Assembly: GCA_964585475.1 (NCBI GenBank)
Contig: CAZPDF010000004.1
Location: 23,169 to 87,168, forward strand
Origin: an uncultured Candidatus Saccharibacteria bacterium
GTDB lineage: Bacteria; Patescibacteriota; Minisyncoccia; Sungbacterales; HO2-52-23
Direction: 5' to 3'
Length of the DNA stretch: 64,000 nt
Shown here: positions 59,312 to 64,000 of the stretch, in pieces
How positions within the stretch are numbered: position 1 is the stretch's first letter
Layout of the letters: each line of letters starts with the position of its first letter
Position numbers and translations under genes: made by a program
Notes under the pieces: model-generated
The model's database searches: none
The model's input: only the letters and a program-made list of their open reading frames with translations
Told to the model about the DNA's origin: nothing

Positions 59312-59426
59312 ATCCCGTTAGAGGCAGATCGCGATCACGATAGCGCAATCTTTGTGTATTACTCCATAAATTCGACCTTGTATATTTTATTTATCCTGCA
59401 AGAAGCGATCGCGGCCTCTAACGGGA
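59312..59426 (-). repeat. TCTAACGGGA inverted-pair element with extended arms
   Basis: ATCCCGTTAGAGGCAGATCGCGATC (59312-59336) and GATCGCGGCCTCTAACGGGAT (59406-59426); ~20-bp imperfect inverted repeat, ~70-bp AT-rich spacer; ~50 nt upstream of the DUF559 gene start. Confidence 0.5.
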
Positions 59427-59469
59427 TTTATCCGGTGTGAGCGAACATAAGTTTTTTAAACTATTCTCC

Positions 59470-59487
59470 AATTCGCGCGAATTGGCC
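59470..59487. promoter_or_regulatory. perfect 18-bp palindrome CCAATTCGCGCGAATTGG
   Basis: Self-complementary; no adjacent T-tract in the orientation required for a terminator; TTCGCG..CGAA core resembles the 23.6 kb palindromes. Confidence 0.3.
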
Positions 59488-59607
59488 AAAAAAATATAAC
59501 TTTGAAATAGTGTTTATAAACTACCCTGCTACCCTGACGCATCAGGCGTTATGACGCATCACCCGTCTCGGTCGGGTGCTCAAAGAGTCTGGCCCCCTTG
59601 GTATCGA

Positions 59608-61419
59608 TTACCCTTTCCGACGGGCCCTTGAGCGCTCAACTTCGGTAAGATACTGCTTTCGCAAACGAACGCTTTGCGGAGTAATCTCAAGGTATTCATC
59701 CTCGGATATAATTTCAAGTCCGCGCTCGATCGTAAGCACAAATGGCGGAGTAAGATTGATCGCTTCGTCCGAACCGGAAGCACGCATATTCGTAAGCTGT
59801 TTACCTTTCGTCGGATTAACCCTCATTTCTTCTCCTTTTGACGTGTTACCGATCACCATTCCTTCATAAACTTCAATTTGCGAGCCTATGTAGAGCGTGC
59901 CGCGCTCCTGAAGCCCCCATAACGCATATCCCATGGCAACACCCTTTGCCATCGAGATCATTGAACCGACAGCGCGTTTATGAATTTCTCCGGCATACGG
60001 CTTAAAGCCGAGAACACGTGAGGCAAAAATACCCTCGCCTTTGGTATCAATCACAAATTGATTGCGATATCCAAGAATGCCTCTCGTCGGCCCCTCAAAA
60101 GACATCCGTACGGCCTCGCCTTTGTGAGAAATATTGTTTAAAACAAAGCCGCGGGACCCAATCCGCTTAATTATAACACCCTGGTATTCGCCGGGTATAT
60201 CAATAATTACCTCTTCAAACGGTTCGAGTTTCTTGCCATTTTCTTCACGAATTATGACTTGGGGTTGCGAAACTTGAAGCTCAAAACCGGCCCGCCGCAT
60301 ATTTTCAAGAAGGATTGCAATATGAAGCTCCCCTCTGCCCAACACCCGGAAGCTTTCCGAAGAACTAAAATCAATGCGAAGACCCACGTTTACTTCAAGT
60401 TCACGTTCAAGGTATTCCCGGAGTTGCCGAGAAGTCACGTACTTTCCTTCCCGCCCGGCAAATGGAGAATTATTCACCAAAAAATTCAGCGCAATAGTCG
60501 GCTCATCAACCGCGATTGCGGGCAAGGGTTTGGCATCCCGGTCAGTCGTAACCGTCTCACCAATATCAATATCGGGAAGTCCTGCCACAAGAATTATGTC
60601 GCCGGCACCCGCTTCAGCGGATTCTATTTTTTCGAGCCCCTTGAAAGTAAAAATCTTTGTAATTTTTCCGGAGCGAGTTTCACCATTCTGTTTTTTTACG
60701 AATACATCGGCCCCCGTCTTGGCGATACCTTCATATATTCTTCCAACCGCAAGCCGTCCCAAAAAATTATCATACCCCAAGTTAAACGGCTGGAGCTTTA
60801 AGGGTTTCTGGGCCAGCTCTTCAGATGACGCAGAAGGAATATGCGCGAGAATGGTATCGAGAAGCGGAGACAAATCATGTGATTCATCGGTGAGCTTTAA
60901 AGTCGCAATTCCTGCCCGGCCGTTAGCATAGACCACCGGAAAATCCGCTTGCTCATCATCGGCCCCGAGTTCGAGGAATAGTGCAAGCACTTCTTCTTCG
61001 CATCGTGCGGGGTCAGCGGCGGGCTTGTCTATTTTATTTATTATCACGATCGGCCTCAGCCCAAGTTCAAGAGATTTTTTTAAAACAAACCGGGTCTGGG
61101 GCATCGGGCCTTCTTGGGCGTCCACGACCAGAAGCACCGAGTCTATTGAACGAAGCACTCGCTCAACCTCGGATCCAAAATCGGCATGTCCCGGGGTATC
61201 GACAATATTAATCTTCGTCGAGACTCGCCCCGAGTTTATCGGGGGATAAAAAATCGCCGCATTTTTTGAATAAATAGTAATCCCGCGCTCAAGTTCCAGC
61301 GCGTTTGAATCCATTGAAACACCCTCTTTGGCAACACCGGTTTGCCGTAGCATCGCGTCAGTCAAAGTGGTTTTCCCATGATCCACATGGGCAATGATTG
61401 CAATGTTTCTTATTTCCAT
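59608..61419 (-). CDS. typA: translational GTPase TypA/BipA
   Basis: 603 aa; N-terminus MEIRNIAIIAHVDHGKTTLTD; EF-G-like domain order. Confidence 0.9.
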   Translation of the reverse strand: MEIRNIAIIAHVDHGKTTLTDAMLRQTGVAKEGVSMDSNALELERGITIYSKNAAIFYPPINSGRVSTKINIVDTPGHADFGSEVERVLRSIDSVLLVVDAQEGPMPQTRFVLKKSLELGLRPIVIINKIDKPAADPARCEEEVLALFLELGADDEQADFPVVYANGRAGIATLKLTDESHDLSPLLDTILAHIPSASSEELAQKPLKLQPFNLGYDNFLGRLAVGRIYEGIAKTGADVFVKKQNGETRSGKITKIFTFKGLEKIESAEAGAGDIILVAGLPDIDIGETVTTDRDAKPLPAIAVDEPTIALNFLVNNSPFAGREGKYVTSRQLREYLERELEVNVGLRIDFSSSESFRVLGRGELHIAILLENMRRAGFELQVSQPQVIIREENGKKLEPFEEVIIDIPGEYQGVIIKRIGSRGFVLNNISHKGEAVRMSFEGPTRGILGYRNQFVIDTKGEGIFASRVLGFKPYAGEIHKRAVGSMISMAKGVAMGYALWGLQERGTLYIGSQIEVYEGMVIGNTSKGEEMRVNPTKGKQLTNMRASGSDEAINLTPPFVLTIERGLEIISEDEYLEITPQSVRLRKQYLTEVERSRARRKG

Positions 61420-61518
61420 CCCGTTAGAAGTATACTCTTACTTACATCCCATAATAGAAGAATAAACCGATTTATTACCAAACCCATTAGAAAACTTCTA
61501 CTTAAACTTCTAACGGGG
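61417..61518 (-). repeat. TCTAACGGGA inverted-pair intergenic element
   Basis: CCCGTTAGAAG 61420-61430 abuts typA ATG 61419; CTTCTAACGGGG 61507-61518 abuts obg stop codon 61520-61522; 76-bp spacer. Confidence 0.5.
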
Positions 61519-61519
61519 T

Positions 61520-62488
61520 TCATGCGTATTTTTCTTTTATTAATTTGTTTAGAATTTTCTTTATTTTTACTATGCTGTCAAAATCATGGATTGAGAATAC
61601 ACCGGCTGGCACTTTCTTTTTTTTAAGTGCAGAGAGTTTCTTTTTCAGTTCAGCCGGCGGAACCATGTCGCTTTTTCCCAAAAATACATATTCCTTTTTT
61701 TTGAGAAGAGCTTTGTTATACATTCCGAGCTCTTGTCTGATGGTTTTATAATCTTTATGCGGATCCGGGGATTCGGCGGAAATAATATGAAAGAGAACTT
61801 TTGTCCGCTCAATATGGCGCAAAAACTTTATGCCGAGCCCCTTCCCGCCGGAAGCTCCTTCTACCAGGCCAGGAATATCAGCAAGGACAAGCTCGTAATA
61901 CACCCCTAAATTCGGCTCAAGCGTTGTGAATAAATAATTCGCCACTTTGCTTTTGGCGCGCGTCAATTCATTAAGAAGGCTCGATTTCCCAACATTAGGC
62001 AGACCTATCAGGCCGACATCGGCTATCAGCTTTAATTCAAGACGAAAAGTAAAGCTCTCACCCTGAGCTCCATATCTAAATTGTTTCGGCCTGGTATTCG
62101 TGGAGGAACGGAAATGAAAATTTCCCTTGCCTCCTCTTCCGCCCTTGGCCGCAAAAATGCGCTCGCCGATTGATACAATTTCCGTATCAACGCCGGTAGT
62201 AAGATTATGAATGATGGTTCCGACGGGCACAAGCAATATAAGGTCTTCCGCATCAGATCCGTCGCAAAATTGCCCCCGGCCGTCCTGGCCGTTTTTTGCG
62301 GGAAATTCTTTTTTGAAACGGTATGTTCGTAAAATGCCAAGGTCCGAAGAACTCTCAAAATAAACGCTTCCGCCGCTTCCCCCGGATCCTCCCGCCGGAC
62401 CGAATTGATTGAGATTCTTATTAAACGAAGTAGCACCTCTTCCTCCGTTTCCCGCCAACACCCTGATTGTAATGTCGTCTACAAACAT
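61520..62488 (-). CDS. obg: GTPase Obg/CgtA (short form without C-terminal extension)
   Basis: 322 aa; Gly-rich Obg fold (AGNGGRGATSF...GGSGGSGGS); G1 GLPNVGKSSLL. Confidence 0.85.
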   Translation of the reverse strand: MFVDDITIRVLAGNGGRGATSFNKNLNQFGPAGGSGGSGGSVYFESSSDLGILRTYRFKKEFPAKNGQDGRGQFCDGSDAEDLILLVPVGTIIHNLTTGVDTEIVSIGERIFAAKGGRGGKGNFHFRSSTNTRPKQFRYGAQGESFTFRLELKLIADVGLIGLPNVGKSSLLNELTRAKSKVANYLFTTLEPNLGVYYELVLADIPGLVEGASGGKGLGIKFLRHIERTKVLFHIISAESPDPHKDYKTIRQELGMYNKALLKKKEYVFLGKSDMVPPAELKKKLSALKKKKVPAGVFSIHDFDSIVKIKKILNKLIKEKYA

Positions 62489-62571
62489 ATGATTAAATTA
62501 AAAAAAGCGGCTTACGCCAAAGCCCCTGCTTAAACTAACGATAACGCATGATACCCAATAGAGGAGAGTAG

Positions 62572-62805
62572 TTATGCGGCAGTACGATTGGTAGAAAACC
62601 AATCAATGAGCCTCTTTCGATGCTGAGCGATTGACCAGGTATCGCCATGCTTGAAAAGCCCCGGGTAGAGACTTTGAAACTTTTGCAACATGGCAACGGA
62701 GGCACATGGAAAACCCTTCGGGATACTATTGTTATAAAACCCCATAAACGTCAAGATGGGTACCCGTATCAAGCTTTGTTCGTATTCTTCGTTCTTTCTT
62801 TTCAT
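62572..62805 (-). CDS. hypothetical protein
   Basis: 77 aa, no recognisable domain. Confidence 0.3.
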   Translation of the reverse strand: MKRKNEEYEQSLIRVPILTFMGFYNNSIPKGFPCASVAMLQKFQSLYPGLFKHGDTWSIAQHRKRLIDWFSTNRTAA

Positions 62806-62982
62806 TGCTTACCATCATACAGTAAACCATTCAAAAAATCAATTATAAAAACCGTCCCGTTTTAAGCGGAGCGGCTTTTGAGGAAGAAATGGCTCCCAAC
62901 CCATTTCACTTTTTCTCAACAGCAGTTGTGCATTTGGTTACAAGAAAATATGTTTTAGTTATTGATACGCCTTGGTTAGAAA

Positions 62983-63930
62983 TTATTCAAGTAATTTTCG
63001 GGTTCTTTCCGCACTCTCGAAGAGAAACGCTTTTATCCCAAGATCCCACGCTACCTTAATATTCTCCTCCGAGTCGTCAAAAAACGCGCACTCTTCCGGC
63101 TTCAAGCCGTTATCCTTGAGAACCAGTTTGTAGGCCTCGGGGTTTATTTTAAGAAATCCGGTTTGCCAGGAATAATAAATTTTGTCTGATACCTGCTCCA
63201 GAAACGGAAAATTCTTTTTATAATAACTTGTCCGCTCAGAAAAATTGTTGGACAGAATAAAAATCTTCACTCCTTTGCTTTTTAATTCACGCGCCAAACT
63301 CTCCATATCAGGGACCGCCAACTCAGCACTGAACCAGTAGTTAAGAAAATCTGCCCGCGACAAATTAATATTCCACTTTTTGAAATACGGCATCCAGTAC
63401 TCATACACATCACCCGCATCTGGCAGGCGAACTTTTGACATAACTTCTTTCAGGGCATCAAGAGCTTCTCTTTCGGGTACATTAAAATTATCCCGGAACC
63501 TTTCCGTCAATTTCGGCCCTTTAATAAATACTCCGTTCAGATCGAAAATCACGGCTTTCGTTAATTTTCCCAAAGAGAGTTCAGACGTGCAAAGATCATA
63601 CTTTTTCTGAAGCATTTCTATTGCTTCCTTAAGCTTGTCGTATTTCTCGTTTGCGCTCTCTACCGTATCCAGTATTTTTTTCGTACCTTCGTCTTTTTTC
63701 AACTCCGTAAGAACCTTCTCTTTTGCCATCTCCTGTAACTTCTCTTTCGGCCACTTACGCACCATGTCTTCAAACTCCTTACTTTTTTGCTCAAGCAACG
63801 TTTTTATATCCTCGCACTTTTGGTTCTCCTCTTTCTTATCTTTTTTGTCCTTATTACCTTTGCGCATGAGGCGCGAAGCGCCGTAGGCAACCGCGGCGGC
63901 GACAAGTGCCGCAACGGCCGCAAGTATCAT
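62983..63930 (-). CDS. HAD-superfamily hydrolase domain protein with N-terminal TM and coiled coil (N-terminus may extend beyond window)
   Basis: HAD motif I VIFDLNGVF; reading frame stays open upstream of ATG 63930 to the window edge. Confidence 0.5.
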   Translation of the reverse strand: MILAAVAALVAAAVAYGASRLMRKGNKDKKDKKEENQKCEDIKTLLEQKSKEFEDMVRKWPKEKLQEMAKEKVLTELKKDEGTKKILDTVESANEKYDKLKEAIEMLQKKYDLCTSELSLGKLTKAVIFDLNGVFIKGPKLTERFRDNFNVPEREALDALKEVMSKVRLPDAGDVYEYWMPYFKKWNINLSRADFLNYWFSAELAVPDMESLARELKSKGVKIFILSNNFSERTSYYKKNFPFLEQVSDKIYYSWQTGFLKINPEAYKLVLKDNGLKPEECAFFDDSEENIKVAWDLGIKAFLFESAERTRKLLE

Positions 63931-64000
63931 AGTATTGCCGCTATCCCATTCTTCGGGTATAGGTGCCTGTATCGGAACAGGTGGAAGCGTAGCAGAAGGA

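Overview
This 64 kb window is AT-rich bacterial DNA and most genes are on the minus strand. The gene content suggests a small-genome, Patescibacteria/CPR-like organism, though that is an inference. It has a short Obg without the C-terminal domain, GH57 and GH13 glycogen enzymes, giant repeat-rich surface proteins, and several genes that lack a Shine-Dalgarno sequence.

Recognisable content:
- Glycogen cluster: GH13, GlgA, and a GH57-UVR fusion.
- An AbiEii-type nucleotidyltransferase with a small upstream partner.
- A visibly GC-rich island from about 9.9 to 13.75 kb carrying an IS481-family transposase and three uncharacterised proteins.
- Cell-wall and peptidase genes: VanY/M15B, HtpX, LemA.
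- An ArsR-like regulator flanked by repeated operator-like motifs.
- Housekeeping genes rpoD, dnaG, typA, obg, and tRNA-Asn plus a D-arm-less tRNA-Asn-like copy and tRNA-Ser.
- A two-component histidine kinase and an APC permease fused to Usp domains.
- Three very large secreted proteins: SdrD/Cna-B-like, one with CarbopepD_reg-like repeats and PG-binding domains, and one with Cys-rich repeats and a LamG domain.
- A GT2/GT-C glycosylation gene pair.
- A copper/redox island: CopZ, CopA, a cupredoxin-like protein, a CcdA-like fusion, a thioredoxin-fold protein, two DoxX-like proteins, and several Cys/His-rich unknowns.

The most unusual signal is a recurring inverted pair of the motif TCTAACGGGA placed exactly between consecutive minus-strand genes. 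One arm abuts the upstream stop codon and the other abuts the downstream ATG, about 75 to 90 bp apart. It occurs at three clear junctions and one degenerate junction. Other non-coding signals are palindrome families (TTCGCGAA-type and CAAGCCCGTGG-type), shared terminator hairpins, and a hairpin-dense 755 bp intergenic region. No CRISPR array or rRNA was seen.
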